From NCBI GenBank assembly GCA_050246315.1, contig JBFWWG010000005.1, positions 192,001 to 256,000 of the forward strand: a DNA stretch of 64,000 bases. The letters run 5' to 3'. The DNA comes from Nitrospiraceae bacterium (lineage in GTDB: Bacteria; Nitrospirota; Nitrospiria; Nitrospirales; Nitrospiraceae). The translations under genes were made by a program, and so were the position numbers. Below the pieces are notes generated by a model. That model had not been told where the DNA came from and ran no database searches. It worked only from the letters and a program-made list of their open reading frames with translations. Below, one piece after another: positions 44,096-56,939 of the stretch (its first letter is position 1; each line of letters opens with the position of its first letter).

Positions 44096-46183
44096 TTGTC
44101 CGTGGCTCGACAGACACCGCTTGAGCGGACCAGAAATATCGGGATCATGGCGCACATTGATGCGGGGAAGACGACTACGACCGAGCGTATTCTCTACTAC
44201 ACGGGTGTGTCGCACAAGATCGGCGAGGTGCATGAAGGCGCCGCGACCATGGACTGGATGGAGCAGGAGCGGGAGCGAGGCATCACGATCACGGCGGCGG
44301 CGACGACCTGCTTTTGGAGGGACCATCGCATCAACATTATCGACACTCCTGGACACGTGGATTTCACGATCGAAGTTGAGCGATCCCTCCGTGTATTGGA
44401 CGGGGCGGTGGCAGTCTTCGACTCGGTGCAGGGCGTCGAGCCGCAGTCAGAAACCGTCTGGCGGCAGGCCGACAAGTATCGGGTCCCTCGAATCGCATTC
44501 ATGAACAAGATGGACCGGGTCGGAGCGGATTTCTATGCCAGTGTCCAATCCGTCATCGATCGTCTGGGCGCCAATCCGGTGCCGATTCAAATTCCGATGG
44601 GGCGGGAGGCGGAATTCCGCGGCACCATCGACCTGGTCACGATGAAGGCGTTTTTCTACGATGACGAGACGCTGGGCGCCAAATATGAGGTCAAGGAGAT
44701 TCCCGCCAACTTGTTGGAGCAGGCCCAGCAATATCGTGAAAAGATGCTGGAGGCCGTGGCCGAGCATGATGAGCAGGTCTTGGAAAAGTACCTGAACGGG
44801 CAGTCGCTGACTGAAGAGGAGATCATCCGTGCCATTCGAGCCGGAGCTGTCACGATGAAAGCCGTGCCGGTGCTCTGTGGGTCGGCGTTCAAGAATAAGG
44901 GGGTCCAGCAGCTCCTGGACGCCGTGGTTGAATATTTGCCTTCCCCGCTTGATATTCCGCCTGTCACGGGCGTGGACCCCAATTCCGGGAAGGAACTGGC
45001 TCGGCGGACGGCTGACGACGAAGCCTTTTCTGCCTTGGCCTTTAAGATCATGACGGATCCGTTTGCCGGACAGTTGACCTTCTTCCGGGTGTATTCAGGC
45101 ATGCTGAAAACCGGCACCGCGGTGCTCAACCTCACGAAGGGCACTAAGGAGCGTGTCGGGCGACTTCTGAAGATGCACGCCAACAAGCGGGAAGAAATCG
45201 ATACGGTCTATGCCGGTGATATCGCGGCTGCGGTCGGCCTGCGGAGTGCTGGAACCGGGGATACGCTCTGCGATGAAAAGCAACCGATCCTCCTCGAGGT
45301 CATGAAGTTCCCTGAGCCGGTCATCGCGATGGCCATCGAACCCAAGACCAAGCCCGATCAAGAGAAGCTGGGATTCTCGCTGCAGAAACTGGCGCAAGAA
45401 GATCCTTCGTTTCGTGTGAAGACGGATGAGGAGACTGGACAAACCATCATTTCGGGCATGGGTGAGTTGCATCTTGAGATCATCGTGGATCGATTGCTGC
45501 GCGAGTTCAAGGTCGAGGCCAATGTCGGAAAGCCTGAAGTGGCCTACCGAGAGACCATCAAGCGTCATGCCGAGGCTGAGGGAAAATACATTAAGCAGAC
45601 CGGCGGTCGTGGGCAGTATGGTCATGTGGTCATGACGGTAGAACCCTCCGAGCCGGGCAAGGGGCTTGAGTTCGTCAATAAGATCGTCGGCGGGGCCGTC
45701 CCGAGGGAATATATTCCGGCGATTGAGAAGGGGGTCCGCGAGCGCATGGAAACGGGTGTTCTCGCCGGCTATCCCATGCGGGATGTTCGGGTGACGGTGA
45801 TCGACGGTTCGTATCACGATGTCGATTCTAGCGAGATGGCCTTCAAGATTGCGGCCTCGATGGGGTTTCAGGAGGCATGCCGAAAGGCTGATGCCGCGTT
45901 GCTCGAGCCGATTATGAAGGTCGAGGTGCTCGTCCCTCAGGAATTCATGGGAGACGTCATTGGCAACTTAAACGGGCGTCGTGGCAAAGTGCAGGGGATC
46001 AAAGTGCGAGCCGGGTCGCAGGCAATCGAGGCAGCGGTCCCGTTGGCTGAAATGTTCGGATATGCGACGGATCTTCGGTCGCGAACCCAAGGACGCGCCA
46101 CGTACAGTATGGAGTTTGATCGCTACGATCAGGTTCCGAAGCAAATAGCGGAAGCGATCATCGCCAAGAATCGAGGCGAGTGA
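44096..46183 (+). CDS. fusA: Elongation factor G (start 44096 or 44102)
   Basis: [27 protein letters not shown]. Confidence 0.99.
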   Translation: MSVARQTPLERTRNIGIMAHIDAGKTTTTERILYYTGVSHKIGEVHEGAATMDWMEQERERGITITAAATTCFWRDHRINIIDTPGHVDFTIEVERSLRVLDGAVAVFDSVQGVEPQSETVWRQADKYRVPRIAFMNKMDRVGADFYASVQSVIDRLGANPVPIQIPMGREAEFRGTIDLVTMKAFFYDDETLGAKYEVKEIPANLLEQAQQYREKMLEAVAEHDEQVLEKYLNGQSLTEEEIIRAIRAGAVTMKAVPVLCGSAFKNKGVQQLLDAVVEYLPSPLDIPPVTGVDPNSGKELARRTADDEAFSALAFKIMTDPFAGQLTFFRVYSGMLKTGTAVLNLTKGTKERVGRLLKMHANKREEIDTVYAGDIAAAVGLRSAGTGDTLCDEKQPILLEVMKFPEPVIAMAIEPKTKPDQEKLGFSLQKLAQEDPSFRVKTDEETGQTIISGMGELHLEIIVDRLLREFKVEANVGKPEVAYRETIKRHAEAEGKYIKQTGGRGQYGHVVMTVEPSEPGKGLEFVNKIVGGAVPREYIPAIEKGVRERMETGVLAGYPMRDVRVTVIDGSYHDVDSSEMAFKIAASMGFQEACRKADAALLEPIMKVEVLVPQEFMGDVIGNLNGRRGKVQGIKVRAGSQAIEAAVPLAEMFGYATDLRSRTQGRATYSMEFDRYDQVPKQIAEAIIAKNRGE

Positions 46184-46220
46184 CGGTCGTCGAGTGAAGG
46201 TGACGGGGGAGGATTGAGGC

Positions 46221-47426
<1,206 letters not shown>

Positions 47427-47463
47427 AGAGGTTTGGGATTTTTAGCACGGGGAGTTAGCTCTG

Positions 47464-47775
47464 GTGAGAGTCGATCAGCGAATCAGGATCAGATTGAGGG
47501 GCTTTGATTACCGCGTGCTGGACCAATCGGTCGCGGAGATCGTCGATACGGTTCGGCGAAGCGGGGCGAAGGTGGTGGGACCCATCCCGTTGCCGACGAG
47601 GATAGAGCGGATTACGGTTCAACGTGCCACGCACTGCGATAAGAAGTCTCGGGAACAGTTCGAGGTTCGCACGCACAAGCGCCTGCTTGACATCGTTGAG
47701 CCGACTCCCGAGACGATGGATTCCCTGATGAAGCTAAATCTCGCTGCTGGCGTGGATGTCGAGATCAAGCTCTAG
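47464..47775 (+). CDS. rpsJ: 30S ribosomal protein S10
   Basis: [28 protein letters not shown]. Confidence 0.98.
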   Translation: MRVDQRIRIRLRGFDYRVLDQSVAEIVDTVRRSGAKVVGPIPLPTRIERITVQRATHCDKKSREQFEVRTHKRLLDIVEPTPETMDSLMKLNLAAGVDVEIKL

Positions 47776-47786
47776 GCGTGAGGAGC

Positions 47787-48410
47787 ATGACAAACGGACT
47801 GATTGGAAAAAAGCTGGGGATGACGCAAGTATACGGCGACGGAAACGCCTTGATTCCGGTGACGGTCATTGAGGCCGGGCCATGCCGAGTGGTCCAGGTG
47901 AAGACCAGGGAACGCGACGGCTACGAGGCAGTCCAGTTGTCCTATGGAGAAGTGAAGGAGCGTCGAGTGTCTCGGTCTGCTCGGGGACACTTGAAGGCGT
48001 CGCAGAGTCCAGCCAGCCGAGTGTTGCGTGAGTTTAAGCCCGCCGGGGACGTAGCGCTCGGCCAGGTAGTGAAGGCCGATCTCTTCAAGAAGGGTGATGT
48101 GGTCGACGTCATTGGGATCTCAAAGGGAAAGGGCTTCCAGGGCGTCGTGAAGCGGCACCATTATGCCGGAGGTCCCGAATCCCATGGCTCGATGTTTCAT
48201 CGGGCGCCAGGTTCCATCGGCAGCAGTTCCTATCCGTCGCGAGTCTGGAAGAATAAGACGTTGCCTGGGCAGATGGGGAACGAGCGGGTGACCGCGCAAG
48301 CGTTGCGCGTTGTCGAAGCTCGGCCGGAGGAAAACCTGTTGCTCGTGAGGGGATCGGTGCCGGGAGCGGAGAACGGAATTGTGATTATTCGAAAGTCGAA
48401 GAAAGGCTAA
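47787..48410 (+). CDS. rplC: 50S ribosomal protein L3
   Basis: GKKLGMTQ, SKGKGFQG, HRAPGSIG. Confidence 0.98.
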   Translation: MTNGLIGKKLGMTQVYGDGNALIPVTVIEAGPCRVVQVKTRERDGYEAVQLSYGEVKERRVSRSARGHLKASQSPASRVLREFKPAGDVALGQVVKADLFKKGDVVDVIGISKGKGFQGVVKRHHYAGGPESHGSMFHRAPGSIGSSSYPSRVWKNKTLPGQMGNERVTAQALRVVEARPEENLLLVRGSVPGAENGIVIIRKSKKG

Positions 48411-48413
48411 GCC

Positions 48414-49037
48414 GTGCCGTCCGTGGATGTCGTCGATCTCAGCAAGCGAAAAGTGGGAACTGTGGAGTTGCCGGCCGCCATCTTCGGTCACACTCCGAAT
48501 AAGGTATTGGTTCACGAGGCGGTGGTGATGCAGCGGGCCGGTGAGCGGCAAGGCACGGCCTCCACGCTGCGACGCGGAGAAGTCAGCGGGTCCGGCAAGA
48601 AGCCGTGGAAACAAAAGCATACAGGGCGTGCGCGCGCCGGGTCGTTGCGTTCGCCGGTGTGGCGCCACGGCGGCAGTGTGTTCGGGCCGAAGCCACGATC
48701 ATATGGATACGGCATTCCAAAGCAGAAATACCATCGCGCCCTGCAAATGGCGCTGTCGTCAAAGGTGACGGCCGGTGATGTGATCGTTGTGGATGATCTT
48801 GCTGTCGCATCTCCCAAGACTCGTCAATTGGAGAAGGTCCTCGGGCAATTGGGGGTGAAGCGGACGTGTCTCCTAGTCGTTGGTGAAGGGGCAGGGAATG
48901 TGGTGAGGGCCGCCCGCAACCTTTCGGGGATCAAAGTCGTTTCCCCGGAACGGCTGAACATCTACGATGTGCTGCGCTACGACTCGCTCGTGATGGCGCA
49001 GCCGATTCTGAGTCGGATTCAGGAGGCGTGGGCATGA
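48414..49037 (+). CDS. rplD: 50S ribosomal protein L4
   Basis: KPWKQKHTGRARAGS, FGPKPR. Confidence 0.98.
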   Translation: MPSVDVVDLSKRKVGTVELPAAIFGHTPNKVLVHEAVVMQRAGERQGTASTLRRGEVSGSGKKPWKQKHTGRARAGSLRSPVWRHGGSVFGPKPRSYGYGIPKQKYHRALQMALSSKVTAGDVIVVDDLAVASPKTRQLEKVLGQLGVKRTCLLVVGEGAGNVVRAARNLSGIKVVSPERLNIYDVLRYDSLVMAQPILSRIQEAWA

Positions 49038-49327
49038 GCGAAAAATTGCATCAAGTGCTCATTCGTCCCCTGCTGACCGAAAAGGTGACCGCCCTGAGAG
49101 AGTCTCGCAATACGATCGCGTTCGTGGTGAGCGCGCGGGCGAATCGCGTGGAGGTCAGGCGAGCGGTTGAGTCTCTGTTGAAGGTCAAGGTTGAGCGGGT
49201 CAATATCTTGAATGTGATGGGAAAGGTGAAGCGATTGGGGCGCTTCGTGGGCAAGCGACAGGACTGGAAAAAAGCCCTGGTGACGTTGAAGCCAGGCGAA
49301 AAGCTCGAATTGTACGAGAGCGTCTGA
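49034..49327 (+). CDS. rplW: 50S ribosomal protein L23
   Basis: [14 protein letters not shown]. Confidence 0.97.
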   Translation: MSEKLHQVLIRPLLTEKVTALRESRNTIAFVVSARANRVEVRRAVESLLKVKVERVNILNVMGKVKRLGRFVGKRQDWKKALVTLKPGEKLELYESV

Positions 49328-49352
49328 TCACAGTACTTCTAATAGGTTGACA

Positions 49353-50180
49353 ATGGCGTTACGAATCTATCAACCCACTTCCCCTGGTCGCCGTGGAATG
49401 ACGACCCTTACCGGTGAGGAATTATCGAAAAAGCGCCCGGAGAAGGCATTGACGGTCTTCCTCCACCGGACTGCAGGACGAAACTCAGACGGACATCAGA
49501 CTCTCCGATTCCGGGGATCTGGCCACAAGCGTCTGTATCGGAAAATTGACTTTAAGCGGAACAAGCTTGGGATTCCAGCCAAGGTCGTGGCCATAGAGTA
49601 CGATCCAAACCGATCGGCGCGCATCGCGCTCTTGCAATATCGTGACGGGGAAAAGCGGTATATCGTCGCTCCAGACGGTCTTGGGGTGGGCCACACTGTC
49701 GAAGCCGGCCCTGCGGTAGAAGTGCGGGTTGGAAATGCGTTGCCCTTGGCGAATATGCCGCTGGGCACCACGGTTCACAATATCGAGTTGCGCCCTGGGA
49801 AGGGCGGTCAGTTGATCCGGAGCGCTGGCAGTTTTGCTCAAGTCATGGGGCGGGACGGTGGCTATGTGCAAATTCGGTTGAAGTCTGGTGAGATGCGGAA
49901 GGTATTGGGGACTTGCATGGCGACCGTCGGGCAGGTTGGGAATTTGGACCACGAGAATATCGCTGTCGGGAAGGCGGGTCGATCCCGGTGGCTGGGGAGA
50001 CGCCCGCATGTGCGGGGAGTGGTCATGAATCCGGTGGATCACCCGCATGGCGGCGGCGAAGGAAAATCCGGCCAGGGAAATCCGCATCCGGTTTCCCCCT
50101 GGGGGCTTCCCACCAAGGGGTATAAGACGCGGAAAAACAAATCGACCGAAAAATTCATCATTGCCCGGCGGAAGAAGTAG
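49353..50180 (+). CDS. rplB: 50S ribosomal protein L2
   Basis: [21 protein letters not shown]. Confidence 0.99.
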   Translation: MALRIYQPTSPGRRGMTTLTGEELSKKRPEKALTVFLHRTAGRNSDGHQTLRFRGSGHKRLYRKIDFKRNKLGIPAKVVAIEYDPNRSARIALLQYRDGEKRYIVAPDGLGVGHTVEAGPAVEVRVGNALPLANMPLGTTVHNIELRPGKGGQLIRSAGSFAQVMGRDGGYVQIRLKSGEMRKVLGTCMATVGQVGNLDHENIAVGKAGRSRWLGRRPHVRGVVMNPVDHPHGGGEGKSGQGNPHPVSPWGLPTKGYKTRKNKSTEKFIIARRKK

Positions 50181-50194
50181 GGCGGAGGAACAGG

Positions 50195-50482
50195 ATGCCG
50201 AGATCAGTCGCGAAAGGCGCGTTTGTCGATGGGCATTTGCTCAAGAAGGTTGAGCAAATGAATGCATCGCGGGACAAGAGACTTATCAAGACGTGGTCGC
50301 GTCGATCTACGGTGATTCCAGATATGATCGGACATACCTTCGCGGTTCATAATGGGAAGAAGTTTGTTCCGGTCTATGTAACCGAAAATATGGTCGGACA
50401 CAAACTGGGAGAGTTCTCTCCGACGCGATTTTTCAAAGGACACGGACAGGCCAAGACGGAGAAGGCCGTTCCGCTAAAGTAG
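50195..50482 (+). CDS. rpsS: 30S ribosomal protein S19
   Basis: [19 protein letters not shown]. Confidence 0.99.
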   Translation: MPRSVAKGAFVDGHLLKKVEQMNASRDKRLIKTWSRRSTVIPDMIGHTFAVHNGKKFVPVYVTENMVGHKLGEFSPTRFFKGHGQAKTEKAVPLK

Positions 50483-50493
50483 GGATTGTCGAG

Positions 50494-50847
50494 ATGGCTG
50501 AAGCAAAAGCAGTGCTCCGGTACGTGCGGGTTTCACCTCGGAAGGCTAGGCCGGTCGTGGATCTGATTCGCGGCCAACAAGTGCCGAAGGCGCTGGCATT
50601 ATTGGGTCACACGCCGCGAGCCGCAGCCAAAGTCGTGGAAAAGCTGTTGCGCTCGGCCGTGTCGAATGCCGAACAGAAGAATATCGACGATGCGGAGAAC
50701 CTTTGGGTATCCCGCGCGTTTGTCAATGGGGGACCCATTCTGAAGCGATTTCGTTCACGTTCGATGGGTCGCGCGAATTCGATTCATAAGCGAACCAGCC
50801 ACATTACGATTGTCGTCGGCCCCAAGGGGAAAACGGTACCGGCCTGA
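50494..50847 (+). CDS. rplV: 50S ribosomal protein L22
   Basis: [14 protein letters not shown]. Confidence 0.98.
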   Translation: MAEAKAVLRYVRVSPRKARPVVDLIRGQQVPKALALLGHTPRAAAKVVEKLLRSAVSNAEQKNIDDAENLWVSRAFVNGGPILKRFRSRSMGRANSIHKRTSHITIVVGPKGKTVPA

Positions 50848-50906
50848 CCGGATTGCAGGCGCGAGTCTTGGGCTGCGCCGCCATGCTTTAACGTAGAGAA
50901 GGGTGT

Positions 50907-51593
50907 ATGGGACAGAAATCTCATCCGTACGGATTGCGCCTGGGCTATAGCACCAACTGGACGTCTCGCTGGTATGCCTCGAAGGAGTATGCGCGGCTGC
51001 TGCATCAGGACATCCGGATCAAGCGAATGGTCAAGGACCGGCTGTACCACGCCGGTGTGGCAAGGGTCGAGATCGAACGGTCGGGAGACCAAACTCGTGT
51101 CATTATCCACACGGCTCGCCCTGGCATTATCATCGGTCGCAAGGGGGCAGAGGTCGACAAGCTCAAGGCGGCGATCGAAAAGCAATACGGCGGGCAGGTC
51201 TATATCAATGTGAAGGAGATCAAGAAGCCGGAGCTTGACGCCCAACTGGTCAGTGAAAATATCGCCACACAATTGGAAAAGCGGGTGGCGTTTCGACGGG
51301 CCATGAAGCGCAGCGTCGCTGCGGCGCTTCGCCTGGGCGCGCAAGGGATCAAGATTTCCTGTGCCGGTCGTCTGGCCGGCGCTGAAATCGCCAGGACCGA
51401 ATGGTATCGAGAAGGGCGCGTGCCGTTGCATACGCTGCGAGCCGACATCGAATACGGCTTTGCCGAGGCAAAAACCACCATGGGGCAGATTGGCGTCAAG
51501 ACGTGGATTTATAAGGGGGAGGTCGTTCCATCGCAGCAAGGTAAGGCTGAGCTCGGACTGGCTCGTCCAGATGGTCGGGCGGTGACGCTGTAG
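50907..51593 (+). CDS. rpsC: 30S ribosomal protein S3
   Basis: [28 protein letters not shown]. Confidence 0.99.
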   Translation: MGQKSHPYGLRLGYSTNWTSRWYASKEYARLLHQDIRIKRMVKDRLYHAGVARVEIERSGDQTRVIIHTARPGIIIGRKGAEVDKLKAAIEKQYGGQVYINVKEIKKPELDAQLVSENIATQLEKRVAFRRAMKRSVAAALRLGAQGIKISCAGRLAGAEIARTEWYREGRVPLHTLRADIEYGFAEAKTTMGQIGVKTWIYKGEVVPSQQGKAELGLARPDGRAVTL

Positions 51594-51636
51594 CACGGGG
51601 TATTGATCGTCGTGGTCGTGTGAGATCGGGGGGATC

Positions 51637-52056
<420 letters not shown>

Positions 52057-52070
52057 GGGGACGCGACGCC

Positions 52071-52274
52071 ATGGAAGCCAAGGATATACGCGGACTGACC
52101 GACGAAGAGCTGCGGGAAAAGGAAGGCCAGTTGCAGCAGGAACTGTTCAACTATCGGTTCCAGATGGCCACGGGGCGATTGGAAAATCTGATGCTGGTCC
52201 GGAAGACCAGGAGGGACTTGGCACGCGTCAAGGGTATTCGCCGTGAGGCGGCGTTAGCCAAGAAGGCGCCGTAG
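52071..52274 (+). CDS. rpmC: 50S ribosomal protein L29
   Basis: ELFNYRFQ, RRDLARVK; operon position. Confidence 0.96.
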   Translation: MEAKDIRGLTDEELREKEGQLQQELFNYRFQMATGRLENLMLVRKTRRDLARVKGIRREAALAKKAP

Positions 52275-52300
52275 TCGTGAATACCGAATCGAGAAGGACG

Positions 52301-52570
52301 ATGGACACAACGGAGAAGGACACATCCGGGCGGCGCGAGTGTATCGGGCACGTCATCAGCAACAAAATGATGAAGACCGTCGTGGTGGGAGTGCAGCGAA
52401 CCGTCACGCACCCCAAGTATCACAAGGTTATGCGACGGGTGACTAAGCTGAAGGCCCATGACGAACAGGGAGAATGCCAGGTCGGCGACATCGTACGATT
52501 GGTGGAAACGCGACCGATCAGCAAGCATAAACACTGGCGTGTGATCGGGGTCGTGTCCAGGCGAGGATAA
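52301..52570 (+). CDS. rpsQ: 30S ribosomal protein S17 (start 52277 or 52301)
   Basis: KMMKTVVV, HPKY, ETRPISK.K.W. Confidence 0.97.
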   Translation: MDTTEKDTSGRRECIGHVISNKMMKTVVVGVQRTVTHPKYHKVMRRVTKLKAHDEQGECQVGDIVRLVETRPISKHKHWRVIGVVSRRG

Positions 52571-52612
52571 GCGAGGCGTATTGATGTCGGTGAATCGGGG
52601 ATCGAGCGCGAG

Positions 52613-52981
52613 ATGATTCAGAATTATACATATATGGATGTGGCGGATAATTCCGGCGCCAGGCAGGTAATGTGTTTTCACGTCCTGGGCGGCTCCGGCC
52701 GACGATACGGATCGCTGGGGGATGTCGTTGTGGTAGCCGTCAAGGAGGCTATTCCGCAGGCCTCAGTGAAGAAGGGTGATGTTAGTCGAGCGGTCATTGT
52801 GCGGACGACCAAGGGCGTACGCCGGGAGGATGGCTCCTACATCAAATTTGATCGGAACGCCTGTGTGCTGATCAATGCCCAGGGCGAGCCGATCGGGACG
52901 CGCATCTTCGGGCCGGTTGCTCGCGAGCTGCGCTGGAAGAAATTCATGAAGATCATTTCGTTGGCTCCGGAAGTGTTGTAA
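52613..52981 (+). CDS. rplN: 50S ribosomal protein L14
   Basis: [19 protein letters not shown]. Confidence 0.99.
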   Translation: MIQNYTYMDVADNSGARQVMCFHVLGGSGRRYGSLGDVVVVAVKEAIPQASVKKGDVSRAVIVRTTKGVRREDGSYIKFDRNACVLINAQGEPIGTRIFGPVARELRWKKFMKIISLAPEVL

Positions 52982-53004
52982 TGCTCGGGAGAGGACGGCT
53001 CGGG

Positions 53005-53334
53005 ATGCAGGCGTTGAAGAAATCTCGGATCAGAAAAGGGGATACCGTCGTGGTGGTCTCCGGTCGTGAACGGGGCAAGAGCGGCAAGGTTCTCTCGGTT
53101 CACCCGGGAACGGCCAAGGTCTTGGTGGAGAAGCTCAACATGATTAAGCGGCACACGAAGCCGAACCCGAAGGTGCGCCAGGGCGGGATTGTCGAACGTG
53201 AAGCGCCGCTGCCGATTTCGAACGTCATGTTGCTCTGTCCGGTGACGCAGAAGCCGACGCGCGTGGGTCTTAAGGTCATGGATGACGGCCGACGCGTGCG
53301 GGTGAGCAAGCAATCTAAGCAGGCGATTGAATAG
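53005..53334 (+). CDS. rplX: 50S ribosomal protein L24
   Basis: [15 protein letters not shown] motif, EAPLPISNV. Confidence 0.97.
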   Translation: MQALKKSRIRKGDTVVVVSGRERGKSGKVLSVHPGTAKVLVEKLNMIKRHTKPNPKVRQGGIVEREAPLPISNVMLLCPVTQKPTRVGLKVMDDGRRVRVSKQSKQAIE

Positions 53335-53336
53335 CC

Positions 53337-54020
53337 ATGAACCCGAAAGATACTCAAAAAGGCAAGTCGACAAAGCCCGCGGGGGGAAAACCGGTGGCTG
53401 GGAAGCCGTCGGCTGGTCGTAAGAAGGAGCCGGCTATAGCGCCGGCAGAGACCGAATCCACCCCGGATAGCCAAGCCGCGCGATCGCGAGTGGTGGAGCG
53501 TTACAAGGAACAGGTCGTGCCGGCACTGATCAAGGAGTTCAGCTATACGAATCCCATGCAGGTGCCCCGCCTGAGTCGGATTGTCCTCAATGTCGGAATG
53601 GGGGAGGCGATCCAGAACGTCAAGCTGCTGGAGAGCGCCGCCACCGAGTTGGGAATCATCACCGGACAGCGGCCAGTGATCACTCGGGCCAAGAAGGCCA
53701 TCGCCGGATTCAAGCTTAGACAGGGCATGCCGATCGGCGTCAAGGTCACGCTGCGCGCCAAGCGCATGTACGAATTCTTCGACCGCTTGGTCAGCGTCGC
53801 CCTTCCACGTATTCGTGATTTTCGCGGAGTGTCGACCAAGGCCTTCGACGGTCGTGGAAATTATACGCTTGGGTTGAAGGAGCAATTGATATTCCCCGAG
53901 ATCCAATATGACTCGGTGGCTTCAATCCACGGTATGGATATCACGTTCGTGACGACGGCCAAGACCAACGACGAAGGGAAGGCCTTGCTCAGGCAGATGG
54001 GAATCCCGTTCCGTACGTAG
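53337..54020 (+). CDS. rplE: 50S ribosomal protein L5 with N-terminal extension
   Basis: [28 protein letters not shown]. Confidence 0.97.
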   Translation: MNPKDTQKGKSTKPAGGKPVAGKPSAGRKKEPAIAPAETESTPDSQAARSRVVERYKEQVVPALIKEFSYTNPMQVPRLSRIVLNVGMGEAIQNVKLLESAATELGIITGQRPVITRAKKAIAGFKLRQGMPIGVKVTLRAKRMYEFFDRLVSVALPRIRDFRGVSTKAFDGRGNYTLGLKEQLIFPEIQYDSVASIHGMDITFVTTAKTNDEGKALLRQMGIPFRT

Positions 54021-54089
54021 GGAGCGGGTGCGGGTGGAATCATGGGGGCGAGGGACGATAGTCGCTCCCGGTGAACGGAGGACAAGGGC

Positions 54090-54275
54090 GTGGCGAGACT
54101 AGCGCTGAAATTGAAGGCGGCGAGAGACCCCAAGTTCAAGGTGCGGTCGTATCACCGCTGTCCCCTCTGCGGCCGAGTGCGGGGCTATTTGAATCGGTTT
54201 GAAATGTGCCGCATTTGCTTCCGATTTCTGAGTCTGAGGGGAGAGGTCCCCGGCGTCCGAAAGTCAAGTTGGTGA
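54090..54275 (+). CDS. rpsZ: 30S ribosomal protein S14, type Z (zinc-binding)
   Basis: [21 protein letters not shown]; 61 aa. Confidence 0.97.
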   Translation: MARLALKLKAARDPKFKVRSYHRCPLCGRVRGYLNRFEMCRICFRFLSLRGEVPGVRKSSW

Positions 54276-54318
54276 GCGGGGGATCGCGAACCACATTCAT
54301 GCGAGGTGAGAGCTTCTG

Positions 54319-54714
54319 ATGGTCACAGACCCAATTGCAGATCTATTGAATCGAATACGAAACGCGGCTCAGCGGGGTCATGATGCAGTGGTGATTCCTG
54401 CTTCGAGGATGAAGGGCGAGATTTTGCGAATCCTCAAAGAAGAGGGATTCATCGGTCCGTTTGAAAAATCCGAAGCGGGCGGACATCCGGCCTTCAAGAT
54501 CGAGTTGCGCTATGTCGAGCAGGGTCGACCCGTCATCGCGGGCACCACGCGCATCAGCCGGCCGGGCCGAAGGGTGTACGTTGGCAAACTGGAGGTTCCC
54601 AGGACCCGCGGAGGTTTGGGTGTGACCATTCTGTCGACATCCAAAGGGGTCATGACGGAGCGAGAGTGTCGTCGTGCGGGGCTGGGTGGAGAGGTACTCT
54701 GCTCGGTGTGGTAG
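54319..54714 (+). CDS. rpsH: 30S ribosomal protein S8
   Basis: DPIADLL.RIRNA, SRPGRRVY, STSKG, GGEVLC. Confidence 0.98.
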   Translation: MVTDPIADLLNRIRNAAQRGHDAVVIPASRMKGEILRILKEEGFIGPFEKSEAGGHPAFKIELRYVEQGRPVIAGTTRISRPGRRVYVGKLEVPRTRGGLGVTILSTSKGVMTERECRRAGLGGEVLCSVW

Positions 54715-54759
54715 TGAGTCAGCGTGTCGCACCAGGTCGTGGAGTAGAAAGAGATCCTT

Positions 54760-55296
54760 ATGTCACGAATCGGGAAAAAGATTCTACAGATTCCAACCGG
54801 CGTTGATGTGAAGGTTGCCGGCAACGCGGTCACCGTAAAGGGGCCGTTGGGACAATTGACCTGGCCGCTTGCCCAGGGTCTCTCTGTGGCTGTACAGGAC
54901 AACAAGCTCAACGTGAGTCGGCAGAGCGACGAACGAAATATTCGAGCGATGCACGGGCTGACCAGGGCGGAGTTGGGCAATATGGTGACCGGGGTGACCA
55001 AAGGATATGAGAAAACCCTGGAGATCAACGGCGTGGGGTACAAAGCTCAGTTGCAAGGCAAGACGATGAGCTTCAACGTGGGATATATCAATCCGGTTGA
55101 ATTTCCGCTTCCGACGGGGATCGACGCGAAAATCGATAAGCAGACGGTGATCACCCTTCGTGGAATCGACAAGCGGCTGGTCGGGCAGGTGGCGGCGAAA
55201 TTGCGCGCGATCAAGCCGCCAGACGTGTATAAGCAGAAGGGAATTAAATACGCTGGTGAAGCGCTTCGCAAGAAGGAAGGCAAGACCGGAAAGTAG
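54760..55296 (+). CDS. rplF: 50S ribosomal protein L6
   Basis: [20 protein letters not shown]. Confidence 0.98.
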   Translation: MSRIGKKILQIPTGVDVKVAGNAVTVKGPLGQLTWPLAQGLSVAVQDNKLNVSRQSDERNIRAMHGLTRAELGNMVTGVTKGYEKTLEINGVGYKAQLQGKTMSFNVGYINPVEFPLPTGIDAKIDKQTVITLRGIDKRLVGQVAAKLRAIKPPDVYKQKGIKYAGEALRKKEGKTGK

Positions 55297-55307
55297 GAGA
55301 GCGTCCC

Positions 55308-55673
55308 ATGTTCAGCGCAAAGAAGACCGAGACTCTTGAGCGCCGTCGTCAGCGCATTCGCAAGCGGATCTTTGGGACGGAGGCAAGGCCTCGGCTCAGT
55401 GTGTATCGAAGCCGAAGCCATATCTACGCTCAGATCATCAATGATATGACGGGGCGAACGCTGGTGTCAGCCTCAACGGTGGACGCGACATTGAAACAAT
55501 CACTTAAGTCCACGGGGACCATCGAGGCAGCAAGGGCGGTCGGGCTCTTGCTGGCAGAACGGGCGAAGGCCGCTCAACTCGGAATGGTGGTATTTGACCG
55601 CGGCGGACGACCGTACCATGGACGCATCAAGGCACTGGCCGATGCATCTCGCGAGGGTGGGCTCCAATTTTAG
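55308..55673 (+). CDS. rplR: 50S ribosomal protein L18
   Basis: [18 protein letters not shown]. Confidence 0.98.
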   Translation: MFSAKKTETLERRRQRIRKRIFGTEARPRLSVYRSRSHIYAQIINDMTGRTLVSASTVDATLKQSLKSTGTIEAARAVGLLLAERAKAAQLGMVVFDRGGRPYHGRIKALADASREGGLQF

Positions 55674-55759
55674 GGGTTCAAAGTCCGTGACGACGGACCA
55701 TCATGAAAACCGGCCAGACCACCGACTCTCTGACTGCGTACTGAGAAGGGGAATCACAC

Positions 55760-56272
55760 TTGGCACGAATTAATGCCGACGAATTGAGCCTGAAGGATAA
55801 GGTCATTTTTATCAACCGTGTCGCTAAGGTCGTCAAAGGCGGGAAGCGCTTCAACTTTTGTGCGCTTGTGGCGGTTGGTGATGGGCAGGGATGGGTGGGA
55901 ATTGGCAAGGGAAAGGCTGCAGAGGTGCCGGCAGCCATTTCCAAGGCCGTTGAGCAGGCCAAGAAGCACCTCGTACGAATTCCCGTTTTGAAAGACACGA
56001 TTCCGCATGAAGTGGAAGGACGATTCGGCGCGGAACATATTATCTTCAAGCCGGCCGCCCCCGGGACCGGCATCATCGCGGGCGGCGCCGTGCGTATCAT
56101 CGTCGAGCTCGCCGGTGTGCGTAATATCATCGCCAAGACATTGGGAAGAGGCAATCCCTTTAATGCGGTTCGGGCGGCGCTAAATGGACTGACGCAGTTG
56201 CGCAATCCAGACGAAGTGTTCCGAATTCGCCGCGGTCAGACAGAAGCCCACGCGGCCGTGACCGTTGGCTGA
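55760..56272 (+). CDS. rpsE: 30S ribosomal protein S5
   Basis: RVAKVVKGGKRF, PGTGIIAGG. Confidence 0.98.
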   Translation: MARINADELSLKDKVIFINRVAKVVKGGKRFNFCALVAVGDGQGWVGIGKGKAAEVPAAISKAVEQAKKHLVRIPVLKDTIPHEVEGRFGAEHIIFKPAAPGTGIIAGGAVRIIVELAGVRNIIAKTLGRGNPFNAVRAALNGLTQLRNPDEVFRIRRGQTEAHAAVTVG

Positions 56273-56286
56273 GACGAGGTGAGAAC

Positions 56287-56493
56287 GTGGCAGAACCGAA
56301 GAGTTCGGCGCAGAAACAGAAATTGGTCATCACGCTGAAGCGAAGCATGATCGGTACGCCTCTGCGTCATCGCCTGGTTCTGCGCGGGTTGCGCTTACGG
56401 CGGCCGAATCAGTCGGTGACACTTCCGGACACGGCGCAGGTGAGAGGTATGATCCAGAAGGTCAATTACCTTCTTGAGGTGACGCATCAATGA
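56287..56493 (+). CDS. rpmD: 50S ribosomal protein L30
   Basis: ITLKRSMIG, VRGMIQKV.YLL. Confidence 0.95.
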   Translation: MAEPKSSAQKQKLVITLKRSMIGTPLRHRLVLRGLRLRRPNQSVTLPDTAQVRGMIQKVNYLLEVTHQ

Positions 56494-56939
56494 AGCTTTT
56501 TGAACTAGCTCCGGCAGCAGGAGCGACCAAACGACGGAAGCGTATTGGACGAGGGCCGGGCTCAGGTCATGGGAAGACCTCCACGAAAGGACATAAGGGC
56601 TTGCTCGCCCGTTCGGGAGGAGGGAAGCAACCGGGATTCGAAGGCGGGCAAATGCCGCTCATTCGCCGGGTGCCGAAGTTCGGATTCCGGAATCCCACGC
56701 GCATCGAGTACGCGGTGGTGAATTTGGATGTCTTATCTCGGCTGTCGGCTGGGGATCCAGTCACGCCGCAGATGTTGGTTGAGGTTGGGCTGGTCAAACA
56801 GAAGACCTGGCCGATCAAGATCTTGGGTAACGGTGAACTCACTCGGCCTCTTGTGATTCAGGCGCACAAGTTCAGCAAGTCCGCCGAAGCAAAGATCCAG
56901 GCGGCTGGTGGGAGGGCTGAGGTCATCCGAGGTGTTTGA
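56490..56939 (+). CDS. rplO: 50S ribosomal protein L15
   Basis: [22 protein letters not shown]. Confidence 0.98.
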   Translation: MKLFELAPAAGATKRRKRIGRGPGSGHGKTSTKGHKGLLARSGGGKQPGFEGGQMPLIRRVPKFGFRNPTRIEYAVVNLDVLSRLSAGDPVTPQMLVEVGLVKQKTWPIKILGNGELTRPLVIQAHKFSKSAEAKIQAAGGRAEVIRGV

